A stretch of 64,000 bases of DNA. Source: a virus. The notes beneath the pieces are model-generated. The model was not told where the DNA came from. It made no database searches and saw only the letters and a program-made list of their open reading frames with translations. Below, piece by piece: positions 28,531-41,400 of this stretch (positions within the stretch are counted from its first letter, which is position 1; every line of letters begins with the position of its first letter). The stretch lies in the IMG/VR virus record IMGVR_UViG_3300025593_000028, positions 1-64,000 of that record; one strand, written 5' to 3'. Made by a program: the position numbers and the translations under genes.

Positions 28531-28569
28531 GGACCGCCACCTTACCTACGGGCGTAGTATCTCCACCGA

Positions 28570-29382
<813 letters not shown>

Positions 29383-29426
29383 CACAAGACTGCAACCACC
29401 GAACAGCGGATAGGATCTAAACAGAC

Positions 29427-30401
29427 ATGGCGATCAGCAACAAGGAACTTCTAGAGAAGGCCACGCTCGTCTCCACCTCGGGGACCGACTTCGGCGGGGA
29501 AGGCCAGGCGCCTCTCTCGGTCGAGCAGGTACGTGACTTCATCAAGCTGATGGCCGCGGAGCAGGTCTTCCTGCCCGACGTCCGCACCGTCACTTCCCCG
29601 GCCGCCACGTGGGAGGAGTCCATCGTCGACTTCGGCGAAAGGATCACCCACGGCGGGACCCAGGCGACCAGGCTGGAAGCCGAACAGCGCGCCAAGCCGT
29701 CCACCGGCAACGTGACGATCACGACCACTCTGCTGCGCGCAGAGGTCCCGGTCTCGGACGAGGTCTTCGAGGACAACGTCGCTGGCGAGGGTTTCGCGAA
29801 CGACCTAGAGGTGCTGATCGCTGACCGCTTCGGCTTCGACGTCGAGGAACTCCTGGTCAACGGCGACACGGAATCCGAAGACGCCTACCTGAAACTGAAC
29901 GACGGGTGGCTGAAGCTCGCCGAAGGCGAAGCCGGCAACGTGGTCGAAGCCGCCGGAGACGGTCAGGACTACCAGAACATCTTCAAGAAGCTGCTCCAGT
30001 CCATCCCGGACCGCTTCAAGAGGGGCCTGCAGCAGAACGGGCGCTACTACGTCCCGATCCGACTGTACGAGTCCTACATCGACCAGCTCGCTGACCGCGG
30101 GACGAGCCTCGGCGACTTCACGCTGGAAAACCAGAAGGACCTCCGCTACCAGGGGATCCTCCTGAAGCCGGCGGCCGTGATCCCGATCGTCGCCGGAGAA
30201 GAAGGCGCGGCGGACACGTCGAAGATCCTGCTGGCTCAGCGCCAGAACCTGTACGCCGGCTACCAGCGCAGGATGCGGATGGAGACCTTCCGCGATCCGC
30301 GCGAGGGTGCCACGAGCTTCGTCGTCACCGCCAGGGTAGACTCCGAGATCGCGGTGCCGGAAGCAACGGCGATCGCCACCGAAGTCGACGTCTCGATCTG
30401 A
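29427..30401 (+). CDS. major capsid protein (HK97 fold, XkdG-like)
   Basis: 324 aa after the scaffold; VSDEVFEDN, EELLVNGD, NDGWLK. Confidence 0.88.
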   Translation: MAISNKELLEKATLVSTSGTDFGGEGQAPLSVEQVRDFIKLMAAEQVFLPDVRTVTSPAATWEESIVDFGERITHGGTQATRLEAEQRAKPSTGNVTITTTLLRAEVPVSDEVFEDNVAGEGFANDLEVLIADRFGFDVEELLVNGDTESEDAYLKLNDGWLKLAEGEAGNVVEAAGDGQDYQNIFKKLLQSIPDRFKRGLQQNGRYYVPIRLYESYIDQLADRGTSLGDFTLENQKDLRYQGILLKPAAVIPIVAGEEGAADTSKILLAQRQNLYAGYQRRMRMETFRDPREGATSFVVTARVDSEIAVPEATAIATEVDVSI

Positions 30402-30412
30402 GGTAGCGGCTG

Positions 30413-30673
30413 ATGGGTCTTAAGACTCGAGCCGCAACCTTCGCCGGGGCCACCCCCGAGCTGAAGGCAGTCGGCGTAGAAGAAGGCGCGGCCGCGAAAA
30501 CCGCGGTAGAAGTAGAAGGCGTCTCCTCGCAGGACATCGTAGTAGCGGCCATCAACCTGGACACCGGCGCGACCCTGACGGTAGAAGCCGTGGCCAATGG
30601 TGAAATCACGGTCACCGAGTCCACCGAAGAAGCCGCGGTCCTCTACATCTTCTGGTCCGTAGGTCTGGGCTAA
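30413..30673 (+). CDS. small virion protein (possible decoration)
   Basis: Follows the MCP; beta-rich. Confidence 0.55.
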   Translation: MGLKTRAATFAGATPELKAVGVEEGAAAKTAVEVEGVSSQDIVVAAINLDTGATLTVEAVANGEITVTESTEEAAVLYIFWSVGLG

Positions 30674-30701
30674 GCAGCCCATCGGCGGGTAGGATCCTGC
30701 C

Positions 30702-31238
30702 GTGAGCCCCTTCGTCATATTCGACGGCACAGGCAGCCGGCGCATCAAGGACGTACTGATCCGGCCTGGGGCGAACAAAGTGGACGACCAGGAGGTGCTC
30801 GACCGGGTGCGCGAGCTGGACAAGCCGTGGCTGCGGGTAGAAGAGAGCCGCGATCAGGAGAAGCCGGCCCCGCCGCCCGAGCCAGAGCCCGAGCTAGAGG
30901 CTCCAGAGGAGCCGTACGAGCGGTTCCAGGGCAGAGACGGCCTATGGTATTACCTACGCCCATCTGGGGCGGGGCAGCCGGCGTCTCAGTCTGACGGCTA
31001 CGAGAGCGAGGAGGACGCAGAAGCCGCGATCGAGGCGGACCGCGAGGAGGCCGAGCGCGTCGCCAGCGCCGACGACGTAGACGGCGCCCCAGAGGCCGGG
31101 CCGCTGCTCCCGTCGGAGCTGACCGAGTCCGAGTTCGAGTGCCGAGACCCGGACTGCACCAAGACTTTCAAGAGCACCGGGGCGCGCCGCAACCACGAGC
31201 GGATCTTCCATAGGACCCTGACGCAGCATAGCGGGTAG
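30702..31238 (+). CDS. hypothetical protein with C-terminal C2H2 zinc finger
   Basis: CRDPDCTKTF...RNHERIFH. Confidence 0.65.
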   Translation: MSPFVIFDGTGSRRIKDVLIRPGANKVDDQEVLDRVRELDKPWLRVEESRDQEKPAPPPEPEPELEAPEEPYERFQGRDGLWYYLRPSGAGQPASQSDGYESEEDAEAAIEADREEAERVASADDVDGAPEAGPLLPSELTESEFECRDPDCTKTFKSTGARRNHERIFHRTLTQHSG

Positions 31239-31247
31239 GATCTAGAT

Positions 31248-31610
31248 ATGATCGATAGGGCTGAGGTAGTGATCTCGACTGAAGGGGAAGCCGGTGAAGC
31301 GGCGGGCACGGCTAGCCTGTTCACGCGCGGGCACGACCCGGCCGAGATCCTCGGGATCAAGATCACCTACAGCGAACAGCCCGAAACCACGACGGTGAAA
31401 GTGTCGGATCGAGAGGGCCTGAACGGCGACGTGCTCTCGGTTGCCGGCAACGAAGACAAGACCTACAGGCCCCAGTCCCCCACGCACAACTCAGAAGGCG
31501 CAGTGATCGAAGGATGGTTCGCGCCGTTCTGCGTAGACGGGCTCGACGTGTCGGTGTCCGGGGCCGACGCCGGCGGGACCGTCACCGTAGAGGTCTACTT
31601 CGAGCTCTAG
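31248..31610 (+). CDS. virion structural protein
   Basis: Beta-rich; position in the head-tail module. Confidence 0.6.
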   Translation: MIDRAEVVISTEGEAGEAAGTASLFTRGHDPAEILGIKITYSEQPETTTVKVSDREGLNGDVLSVAGNEDKTYRPQSPTHNSEGAVIEGWFAPFCVDGLDVSVSGADAGGTVTVEVYFEL

Positions 31611-31627
31611 CGGGTAGTATCTCTGCT

Positions 31628-32284
31628 GTGGCAGTACCGCTACTAGCAGAAGCAGAAGATGTAGCACGCGTGCTGCAGGTCACCGAAGCGTCTCTTCCGG
31701 AAGGTACGACGCACTACTTGGAAGTCGCGTCTGAATGGGCGCGACAGTTCCTCGGCCAGCCGAAGCTCGGGATCGCCGGGGAAGACACGCTGAAGTTCTT
31801 CGAGCGCCGCAGCGACGCGTTCCTTTCGCTGGAGGGTACCCCCACAGAAGTCAAGATCAAGAGGGCGCCAGGCGGCGAACTGGAAGCGATCACCGAGGGG
31901 ACTGAATGGACCGCCCAAGACGGCGGGGTGCGGCTCAGGCCGCCGCTCTTCCTCAACGAACTCGAATACGACCCCCGCTACTACGCGACGCCGAACGTCG
32001 CATTCCAGCGCATCTATCCAGAAGTGCAGGTCACCCGAGAAACGTCAGAAACGGTGAACCAGCTAGTAGTAGAGGGCGTCGCCCAGGCAGCAGCCGCGAT
32101 CCTGACGCGAGCGCCCAGGGAGGCCAAGGGCCTCTACAGCGAGACGATCGGTGACTACTCCTACAGCAGCGGGTTCGGCCGACGAGGGCTCGAAGGGGTG
32201 GTGGAAACCTCCCCGTACTTCTCTACCGCTAAGGCCTTCCTCAAGATGGTGCCGAGGAACCGGCTCAAGCCGTTCGTGGTGTGA
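31628..32284 (+). CDS. head-tail adaptor
   Basis: LAEAEDV N-terminus and SETIGDYSYS motif. Confidence 0.75.
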   Translation: MAVPLLAEAEDVARVLQVTEASLPEGTTHYLEVASEWARQFLGQPKLGIAGEDTLKFFERRSDAFLSLEGTPTEVKIKRAPGGELEAITEGTEWTAQDGGVRLRPPLFLNELEYDPRYYATPNVAFQRIYPEVQVTRETSETVNQLVVEGVAQAAAAILTRAPREAKGLYSETIGDYSYSSGFGRRGLEGVVETSPYFSTAKAFLKMVPRNRLKPFVV

Positions 32285-32285
32285 C

Positions 32286-32735
32286 GTGGCCCAGTTCGGG
32301 AACCTCATGGGCCTGCTCACCGAGACGGCGATCGTCTATCGCCGCCAGCAGGTAGAAGGCTCCTACAAGGTAGACCGCTTCGGCCAGCCCACCCGAGACG
32401 AGGAACCTCACCACATCCTCGCCTGCAGGATCACCGCTGCTCGCGGCGGAGAACAGTTCACAGACCGCACCCACGACGTCGTAGAAGCCACCCATCGTCT
32501 GTTCCTAGACAAGGGTGCCGACCTGTCCGAGCAGGACGTGGTGACCGTCGTAGATGCGACCGTAGACGAAGTACAGGGCCCGTTCGAAGAAGACCCGTCT
32601 ACCGCGGCAGAAGGGTTCAACGAGATCGTGAGCCGCGCCCGGGTGCTCCTGGCAAAGCGGGCCCATGACGGGTCTAGCGAGCACCACAGAGAGGCCAAGC
32701 TCGCCGTCCAGCGCGAGACCGCGGAGGCCAGCTGA
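32286..32735 (+). CDS. head closure/stopper protein
   Basis: DRFGQP...HHREA; synteny. Confidence 0.65.
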   Translation: MAQFGNLMGLLTETAIVYRRQQVEGSYKVDRFGQPTRDEEPHHILACRITAARGGEQFTDRTHDVVEATHRLFLDKGADLSEQDVVTVVDATVDEVQGPFEEDPSTAAEGFNEIVSRARVLLAKRAHDGSSEHHREAKLAVQRETAEAS

Positions 32736-33106
32736 TGGGGCTCAAGAAGGAGGAATGGCACGGCGACAGGATCATCAGGCTGTGGCGTGCGGCCAGCGGC
32801 GAGGCGACCGTGGAAATGGCAGACGAGGTAGCGAAGGAGATGCGCCGGGTGGCGCACGTCAAGACCGAGGCCCTCAAGACGAGCATCCACGTGGCCCTGC
32901 CGGAAACCAACGGGTCGGTCGTGGGAGCCGAGACCCGCGTCGTGGGCAAAGGTAAGCACGCCCGCGAGGTCGGCAGTTGGCTCCCCTACGCGTGCGTCGA
33001 GAACAACCGCGGCGGCTCCCACGCGTTCGCCGACATCGGCTGGCAGCTGGCGCGAGCCAAGTTCCGTGTGATCCTCGGACGCGCGTGGAGGAGGCCCGGA
33101 CTGTGA
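32735..33106 (+). CDS. HK97 gp10-like neck/tail completion protein
   Basis: AHVKTEALKTSI...PYACVEN. Confidence 0.6.
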   Translation: MGLKKEEWHGDRIIRLWRAASGEATVEMADEVAKEMRRVAHVKTEALKTSIHVALPETNGSVVGAETRVVGKGKHAREVGSWLPYACVENNRGGSHAFADIGWQLARAKFRVILGRAWRRPGL

Positions 33107-33573
33107 GTCCGCTCGGTCCCGGCAACGTCGAGCTCCCCGGAGAAGACATCCCGTCCCCGGCAGAGCTGCTCATGCGCTTCATCAACGACAACGCGAGCGA
33201 AAGCATCGTACCCTCCGGAGCTGTGGTAGGCGGCGCTGACGACACGCAGCAGCAGGCCGGGGTGATCGCGCTCATGGACGCGGGTGACGCCAACACAGAG
33301 CTCTACGTGCCGCTACTGTCCAAGCGGGTGCAGGTACGCTGCGTCGGTCCCACGCTGGCCAAGGCAGACGAGATCGGCAACTACGCGTTCGAACTACTCA
33401 ACAAACAGCGCTGGCTCATCCTAGAAGACTCAGAAGAACGGCTCTGGATGGTCCACAGCATCTACTGCACGGTCGGCCCGTCGCACCACATCGACAGTCC
33501 AGAGACCCACGAGAGCCTGTTCTTCTGCGCTGTCACGCTCGGATCTGAACCGGTAGGCGTGCCAAAACCGTAA
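33103..33573 (+). CDS. tail terminator
   Basis: RVQVRCVG...AKADEI; synteny before the major tail protein. Confidence 0.6.
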   Translation: MSPLGPGNVELPGEDIPSPAELLMRFINDNASESIVPSGAVVGGADDTQQQAGVIALMDAGDANTELYVPLLSKRVQVRCVGPTLAKADEIGNYAFELLNKQRWLILEDSEERLWMVHSIYCTVGPSHHIDSPETHESLFFCAVTLGSEPVGVPKP

Positions 33574-33583
33574 GATCTACTCG

Positions 33584-33817
33584 ATGAGTACTCTGAGCAT
33601 CCGGTACGTAGGCGGGGCGCACGTCGCGAAGATCGGAGACGACACGTTCGAGAGGAACGGAGACCCCGGTGACGTAGACGAGGAGCTCGCCAGCAGGCTG
33701 CTCGAGTCCCCAGATTGGGAGCCGGCAGGCAAGCAGGACGAGCCTGTCGCCGAGCCCGAGAGTGACGAGCAGAGCGACGAGTTCGACGAGTTCGACGAGG
33801 CGTTCGGCGCCGAGTGA
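33584..33817 (+). CDS. small acidic virion-associated protein
   Basis: Leaderless TAAGAT promoter; IRYVGG motif. Confidence 0.6.
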   Translation: MSTLSIRYVGGAHVAKIGDDTFERNGDPGDVDEELASRLLESPDWEPAGKQDEPVAEPESDEQSDEFDEFDEAFGAE

Positions 33818-33857
33818 GCACCACCTCCACCGCCGCTCGCTATAGGATCTTCACTGG

Positions 33858-34457
33858 ATGAGTACTGACCTTTCCAACTGGGCTCCCTTCGAGATCCTCG
33901 CCGGCCCCGCCGACGTCTACGTGGGCGAATTCGAAGCGACGTTCCCGACCCTCGCCGAAACGCCCAAAGAAGAAGAATTCACCTACATCGGTCAGACCGA
34001 GGGTGGCGTCACCGTCAAACACACCCAGACGATCACCCCGCTCACCTCCGACCAGCACACCGGCCACGTCAAGGCCCTCCGCACGGAAGAGGGCCTGGAA
34101 GTCTCGTTCTCGGTCGTCGAGCTGACGCTCGAGAACTACAGTGCGGTGCTCAACTCCACGACGATCACGGCGGAAGCCGCGCCGGGCGAAGGCAAATACC
34201 CCAACAAGTCTCTAGCTTTCCACCAGGGCATCCACGTCGACCTGCGCACCCTGCTCATCAGGGGCCGCTCGCCGTACGGGAACTGGCCCGCGCAGTACCA
34301 GGTGCCCATCGTCTACCAGAACGAGAGCCCAGAAGTCGCCTTCGTCAAGGACGACAAGAGCGTCCTCGCCTGCGTCTGGATGGCACTCGAGGACACCTCC
34401 GCCGAATCGGGCGAAGAGTTCGGCACCCTGGTCGCCGCGACCGCCGAAAAAGAATAA
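33858..34457 (+). CDS. major tail tube protein
   Basis: ILAGPADVYVG...YIGQTEGGV...DQ...ELTLEN typical of siphoviral tube proteins. Confidence 0.85.
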   Translation: MSTDLSNWAPFEILAGPADVYVGEFEATFPTLAETPKEEEFTYIGQTEGGVTVKHTQTITPLTSDQHTGHVKALRTEEGLEVSFSVVELTLENYSAVLNSTTITAEAAPGEGKYPNKSLAFHQGIHVDLRTLLIRGRSPYGNWPAQYQVPIVYQNESPEVAFVKDDKSVLACVWMALEDTSAESGEEFGTLVAATAEKE

Positions 34458-34481
34458 CCCCAAGCTCATAAGGAGAGCGGC

Positions 34482-34697
34482 ATGGCCCACCGCGGCGCAG
34501 CCCAAACCGACACAGCAGGTGACTTGGCCCAGGAGGCCGCAGCCATCGCTGCTGACACGAAGGCCCTACGTAGCCAGACCCGCTCGCTAGCACAGCGAGC
34601 CGCAGCGCTTAGAGACAAGCTCGAGGAAGCCGGCATCGGCTTCTCGGCAGAACCAGACCAGACCATGGCCCAAGAGGGCGAAGGAGGAAGCAAGTGA
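34482..34697 (+). CDS. small coiled-coil protein
   Basis: AAGGAG RBS. Confidence 0.55.
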   Translation: MAHRGAAQTDTAGDLAQEAAAIAADTKALRSQTRSLAQRAAALRDKLEEAGIGFSAEPDQTMAQEGEGGSK

Positions 34698-35161
34698 GCG
34701 AGCTAGACGAGAAGCGGGACCTGCTGGAGGACGAGGACGAGGTCCTCGACCAGGACGAGGCAGAGGCCCCCGCAGAGGACCCGACGGACGAGGTGCTGAG
34801 CATCTCTTCTGACGCGGTGCCTACTAAGAAGATCCGGATCGACGACGACGTCTACGATCTCTACAGCTACGAGCACCTGAGCCCGGAACGCGAGGCGTCT
34901 GTGACGGCGTGCTTCGCGCAGTTCCAGCGCACCTACCTGGCGCTCGACGGGGCGAAGAACGAAGCCATCGCGAAGAAGGTCGCGAAGAAGGTGCGCGAGC
35001 ACCGCATGCGCCTGATCGGCCTCATGACCTCGATCCCCAGGGAGGTCTACGAGCCGCTGAGCGCAGCGAAGCAGGGCAAGATCCTGAGGGCGATACAAGA
35101 GGAGATCGGCGCCGAGGTCGACGACACCAGCGGTGCCGCGGAAGACGACCTCATCGCCTGA
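34694..35161 (+). CDS. tail assembly chaperone (G-like)
   Basis: Between the major tail and tape measure genes. Confidence 0.7.
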   Translation: MSELDEKRDLLEDEDEVLDQDEAEAPAEDPTDEVLSISSDAVPTKKIRIDDDVYDLYSYEHLSPEREASVTACFAQFQRTYLALDGAKNEAIAKKVAKKVREHRMRLIGLMTSIPREVYEPLSAAKQGKILRAIQEEIGAEVDDTSGAAEDDLIA

Positions 35162-35495
35162 CGCTTCGGGAGACCTAGACCCGAAGGACCGGTACCGGTA
35201 CTGGCCGGACCTGTCTTTCTACTATGGGCTGGGCTGGGACGAACTCCGGCGCATGCCCAAGTGGCTCTGCTCGCTCTACATCGAGGAGCTCCCGCGGCTG
35301 CGCGCGCAAGCACAGCTCGCGGCGATCGACTCGTCGTCATTCAGCGACATGGAGGAGGGCGCGCGTAAGCGCCTGCTCCGCAGGCTGAACCGCGAAGCCG
35401 GCGTGGGCCCGGCGCAGGCCAGCCCGCAGTCCATCGCTGCCTCTGGGATCGGCGTCAAGATGGTCCCGGCAGAGGACGGGGAGGGCGGTGACTGA
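35133..35495 (+). CDS. tail assembly chaperone downstream (T-like) frame
   Basis: WPDLSFYYGLGWDELRRMP typical of GT extensions; in the +1 frame relative to G. Confidence 0.65.
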   Translation: MPRKTTSSPDASGDLDPKDRYRYWPDLSFYYGLGWDELRRMPKWLCSLYIEELPRLRAQAQLAAIDSSSFSDMEEGARKRLLRRLNREAGVGPAQASPQSIAASGIGVKMVPAEDGEGGD

Positions 35496-38400
35496 TGCCC
35501 GAGCTCGGAAAAGCTACCTACGTAGTCGAAATCTCGACCCGCGAGGCAGAGCGCGAACTCGGCCGGTTCAAGAAAACCACGCACAGGGCTACGGCCGATG
35601 CCAGTCGAGACGTACACCGCCTCGAGCGAGGCTGGGAAGATGCCGGGCTCGGCGTGCGTAGGGCAGAGCGCGACGTACGCAGATTCAACAAAGAGCAGGA
35701 ACGCGGCGGACGCAAGACCTGGATCTGGGACAACAAACTCCGCCAGTTCAGCAACACGATCAACGCGCTCAAATGGCCGGCGATCTTCGCGCTGGGTGGG
35801 CCGGCGATCCAGGCGCTCGCCTCGCTCGCTGCCGGGGCCGTGTCCGTCAGCAGCGCCCTCGTGTCCGCCACGGGCGGCGTGGTGGCGATGGGCGGCGCGC
35901 TCGTCCAGATGGCCCGCGGGGCCAGCATCGCGCTCAACGGCATGCTCGGCTTGGCGACTGCCGCTGGGACCCTGCTCCTAGGCTTCAACGGCGTCGCCGG
36001 CGCGCTTAGCGCCATGATGAACCAGTACGGGAGGTCGGGCCAGGAAGCAGAATCGTCGGCCAAAGCCCAGCGCAGCGCGATGAACCAGGTGCACAGCGCG
36101 ATCGAACGTATCCGTACCTCGGAAGAATCGCTCGCGAAGGCGCACGTCGGGGTGGCAGACGCGCAGGAAGAACTCCACAAGGCCCGCAGAGAAGCGATCA
36201 GGGACCTCGTAGACCTCAGGTACGCCGCAGAAGAAGGCCGTCTCAGCGAACGGCAGGCCATCCTCGCGCTCGACGAAGCCAGGGAAAGCGCAGCTGAACT
36301 AGCGAAACGCGGGAGCGGCGCGACTGCGGACGAACAGCGCGGCGCGATCCTGTCGATCGAACAGGCAGAACTCGGGCTGCGCAAGTCTCGCACCGAAAAC
36401 AAGCGATCGCAGGAAGACCTACAGCGCGGCGAACGCCGCGGGGTGCGCAACTCAGAAGGGGTAGTCTCGGCGCGCAAGGCGCTCATCGAAGCGAACCGGA
36501 ACGTATCCAAGACGGAGCGAGCGCTTGTGCAGAGCGAGCACAACCTCGTGGAACAGCAGAAAGACGCCGCGGAAGCGATGAACAAGACCGGCAGGTATGC
36601 AAACACCCTGGCGGCAAAAATGAAACTGCTCCCGCCTGCGGCCAAAAAGTTCGTGCACTTCCTCTGGGGGATGAAACCAAAATTCGAAGAACTCCAGGAG
36701 GTCTCTGCTGCCGGGATGTTCCCTGGCATGGAACACGGCCTCACCGCGGCGATGGGGAGCTTCGAGCGGCTGAAGAAAGTGATCGGCCTCACCGCCGGTG
36801 CGATCGGCCACACGTCAGAAGAAATGGGGAGGCTCGTCGGCAGCAAGGGCTTCGGCAGCAGGCTGCAGGAGGTCGGCGAATCGAACGCGCGGATCATGCG
36901 GATGCTCGGCCGGGCCAGCGTCTCGCTCACCGACGCCTTCTCGGTCCTAGCGAAGGCCGGTGCTCCCCTCAACGAATGGCTCGGTGGGCTGGTCAAGAAG
37001 TGGGCCGAACAGTACGATGCCCAGAAGCACGCAGAAGCCTCTAGCGGTCGGCTCGCGAAGAGGTTCTCGATGATCAAATCGATCATCAAGGCCGTGGGCG
37101 GCACCATCTGGAACTTCGGGCACGTGTTTCTCACCGTCATGGAAGCCGGCCAGCACGCCGGGCTCGGCCTGTGGAGGTCCATCGACAAGTGGTCCAAGGG
37201 CCTCCGCGAAGGCGTGGAAAGCGTCAGCGGTCGCAAGAGCCTCAGCGCGTACTTCGAACGGTCGGCGAAAGCCCTGCGGCTCGTGGGGAAGCTCTTCATG
37301 AACCTCCTCGGCACCGTCGTCAACGTGGGATCTGCCAGCCGCAAGACCGGCATGGAGCTACTGCGGATGCTCAACCACGCAGCAGAAGGTTGGAAGAAGT
37401 GGACCGAATCCTTCCACGGCAAGAACGAGATGAAGGCCTACTTCGAGCACACGAAGCCAGACGTCGTCGAGTCGGGCAGGCTCGTAGCGGCACTCGGCAG
37501 CGCGATCGTAGAATTGAACCAGCGCGGGACGGTGGCCCCGCTGCTGCGCGAACTCAGGGTCAAACTACTGCCGGCGCTGACCGAGCTGATCGGCAACTTC
37601 ACGAGCGATCTCGCGCCCGCGGTGATCAACGTGCTGGTAGAACTGATGGGGATCGTGGGCCAGCTCTCCAAGGCATCGGGCGGGCTCAGCGCGGCGTTCC
37701 AGATCATCGCGGGCGGGCTGCGCATCATCAACGGGATCCTGCAGAACCCGATCCTGCGGCAGCTCGCATCGTGGACCCTCGCGTTCGCTGCTCTGGCGAA
37801 GGCAGGTCTGATGGTGAGGGAGGCGTTCCTGGGCAGCGCGCTGTCTCAGGTGATGTCTAGGATCAGGAGCATCGGGGCGGAGAGCTCCGCAGCGGCGGGC
37901 GAGATGTCGGCCGCAGAGACGGAGAAAACTGCGGCGGTCGAACGCACCAACGCGGCCCTCAGGGAGCAGGAAGTACTGATGTCCCGCGAGGAGGCCGTGG
38001 CCATGTACGGGCCGTACGCCGGCAACAAGTACGCGGACAAGCAGGGGCTCCCGGCCACGACCTGGCGCGGCAAATACGCGGGCGCCAAGAACATGGCCCG
38101 GGGCATCCCAGGGCGCGCTAGGAACGTCGGCAGGTCGGCGCTCGGCTTCGCGCGCAGGAACTCCGGGAGCATCATCGGCGGAGGGCTGCTCGTCGGCGGC
38201 TCGTATGCGGGCAGCGCGGTGGGCGGCACGGCGGGCAGCATCATTGGGGGCGCCGCGACCGGGGCCGGGCTCGGCGCGATGTTCGCGCCCGAGTCGCTCG
38301 GCCTCTCGATCCCCATCGGCGCGGCGGCCGGGGCGCTCGCGGCGGGGATCGGCGCGCTGACCAGCGGGGGGTCGTCGCTGGGCAAGGCCCAGAAGAAACT

Positions 38401-41400
38401 CATCGGGTACGCGCGGAGGGTGAACCAGACGTTCGGGGAAGCCACGAGCTCTGCTGCTCGCCTGACCGAAGCGCAGAAGCGCGTCTCGCAGGCCGGAGAC
38501 GAAGAGCACCACGCGACGAAGCGCCTCACCAAGGCCGAGAGGAAGCTCAACGAGCTGCGGCACAGCAACCACAAGGACTCGCACGCGGTAGTCAAAGCAG
38601 AATTCAACGTAGCGCGCGCACGGTGGAGCCAGGTGCAGGCGCTGCGCAAGCTGCACGCGTCAGAAGAAGTGCAGCGAGCGGGAGAACACGCGACTAGGGC
38701 GTCGATCGTCAAGGGCTACGCGGCGACCAAACTCGCCATCGCAGCAGAAGAAAAGCACAGGAAACACCTTGAAGAGCGCGCCCGCACCGAAGGCTGGACG
38801 AAGGAAGTCACCGAAAAGATGGGCAAGACCATCAAGCGGATCACCGGCTACCGAGAAAAAGAAGCGCAGCTCACGAAGGTAGCGGGGCAGATCAGCGACG
38901 GCTTCCGCAAGAAGGTCGAATCGATGACGTCGGCGCAGGCCAAGTACGGGCGGAGCGGCGTCGTACTCACCGACCAGCTCAAAGAACAGCGCGAAAAGCT
39001 GCGCGACATGAAAACGCACGGGCTAGACTACGTCGGCTCCGGGTACCAGCAGCTCAGGGACGAAGCACACAAGACCGAAACCAAGCTGCAGGAATTCCTG
39101 CGCAACACGTCGCCTAAGCTCGCGAAGTTCTCCGAAACAGGATCCACGCACATCAAGGGCCTGTCGGGCGCGTTCGAAGGCATGTCCGAAGCGACCCGAG
39201 AAGCACTCGAAGCACTCGGCGTCAACGTCAACAAGATCCTGCTCAAGCTCGGCGTAGACAAGCTCGCGCCGCCGCACCTCAAACACCTGAGGGGCCGCGC
39301 GGCCGCGGAAGCGCACCACCACATGCAGCCCGGCAACCCGTTCACGCTGGGTCGTCAGCGCGGCGGGCACATCGACATGGGCGCCCCCGCCGGAGACTCG
39401 GTACCGGCGATGCTCGAGAAGGACGAGTACGTCCTGAACCGCAAGGCGGTCAGAAAAGTCGGCGTGCACAACCTCGACCGGCTCAACTTCGGCGAGGCCC
39501 CGAGGTTCGGGTTCCAGCAGGGCGGGTTCGTGATCTCGGAACCGCAGCTCTCTGGGGGGACCAAGGGCCTGCGCGAAGCCGGCCAGAGCGGGGTGCACCG
39601 GGCCACGAAGGCCGCGCGCCACTACGTCAACAAGTTCTGGGGCGGCAAGAAGGGCATCGGCGGGCTGCAGGTCAAGACCGGGCCGATCCAGCAGATGGCG
39701 CGGACGCTCGTCTCGCGGACCTTCGGCCCGGGCCAGTGGAACTCGTTCAACGCGCTGGAGATGGGCGAGGCGGGCTGGGACCCACACGCGCAGAACCCTG
39801 AATCCACGGCGTACGGCCTCGCGCAGAACCTCTACCCGGCGACCTACCCGCCGGCCGGGCGGCCCGGATCGCGAGCGCCGCTGCTCGAGCAGGCCAAGGC
39901 GCAGCTGCAGTGGATGGTGCGCTACATCAAGGAACGCTACGGCGACCCGAAGACCGCCTATGCCACGTGGCTGGGCCGCAGCCCGCACTGGTACCAACGC
40001 GGCGGTCGGGTGCGGGGCTACCAGCGCGGTGGCCGCGTGAGGCTGCAGTCCGGCGGCCAGCCGACGGCCAGCGCGTCGTCGTGGAGCGGCGTTGGCGCGG
40101 GCGGCCTACACACCGGGATCCACAACCTCGCGTCGTACGTGATGAGCAAGTTTGGTGGCCTGTCGGTCACGAGCACCACCGGCGGAGAACATGAACCGAA
40201 CTCTTACCACTACAAGGGCGAGGCGGTCGACCTAGCGAACTCGAGCACCTCGTACATGGACAAGGCAGCCGGCTGGATCTCGGGCAACCTCACGAGCGCA
40301 CTCACCGAGGGCATCCACAACCCGGACCTATCTGTGAAGTACGGGAAGGGCGTCCCGTCCTCGTACTGGGGTCCGGAAACCTGGGCCGGGCACAAGAACC
40401 ACATCCACCTGGCGGTGGACCACCCGTGGTCGCGCCCAAGTTCGCCTGCTTCAGGGTCGGGTGCTAGCGCCGCCGAACGTGGGTTCACGAAACCCAAGGA
40501 AAAGCTCCCCGACCACACTACGGCCAAGATCCCGACCGGCGGAGTGGGTCCGGGCAAGGGCGGGCACGCCGTAGCGGGCTACTCAGAAACTAGCGTCTCG
40601 ACGGACAAAGTCAAGCTGCCCCCGCTCCCGAAGAACGCGATGGGCTGCACGAAGCAGATCGCGTCGATGCGGTCGCTGCTCAACATGTACAACACCGCCG
40701 CGAAGCAGACGAAGAACGAGCCCGCCAAGCGCGCCTACCTGGAAAACGCTCGAGTGGTGCGAGGCCGGATTTCCGCGCTGATCAAGCTCAGGGCGAAGTT
40801 CATCCGCTCGGAAAAAATCCGCAAGATCACGACTGCGATCAAACGCGCCGCGGCGTTCGAATACTGGAACGGCGGAGAACTCGTCAAAGAAGGCCTGCTC
40901 GAGCAGCTGGAAAAGAAGTGGACTGCGGCAGAAGAATACGCTGGTCGCGTCACCGACCTAGAGCCGACGGAAGAAGCCGACGCGCTGTCCTACATCAGGG
41001 CGCAGGAGGAACCCGCCTACAAGGCGGTGCTCGGCGTCGAGGGCGACTGGCGCAATGCGCTCGTGCAGGCCAAAGAATCCGGTACACAGAAGGCGGGCGT
41101 CGAGTGGCCCGGGAAGATCACTGACCTCCGCGGCAAGGTCTCGCACCAGAAGGACCGCATCAAGGAAATCACCGAAAAGATCAAGGAGATCCTCGGGTAC
41201 AAGAAAGACCACCCGGAAGCGTGGGAGAAACAGAAGGGCCGGATCCCCGGGCTGAAGAACGAACGCGACGATCTCCGAGGCAAGATAGAAGTAGAGCGCG
41301 CGACGATGGGCGCGCTGCGCGAAGCGATCACGCAGACCTACGGGGAAACGATCCCGGACTGGGAATCGATGATGGAAGGCGTGCAGGGCGCGTCGGGGCC

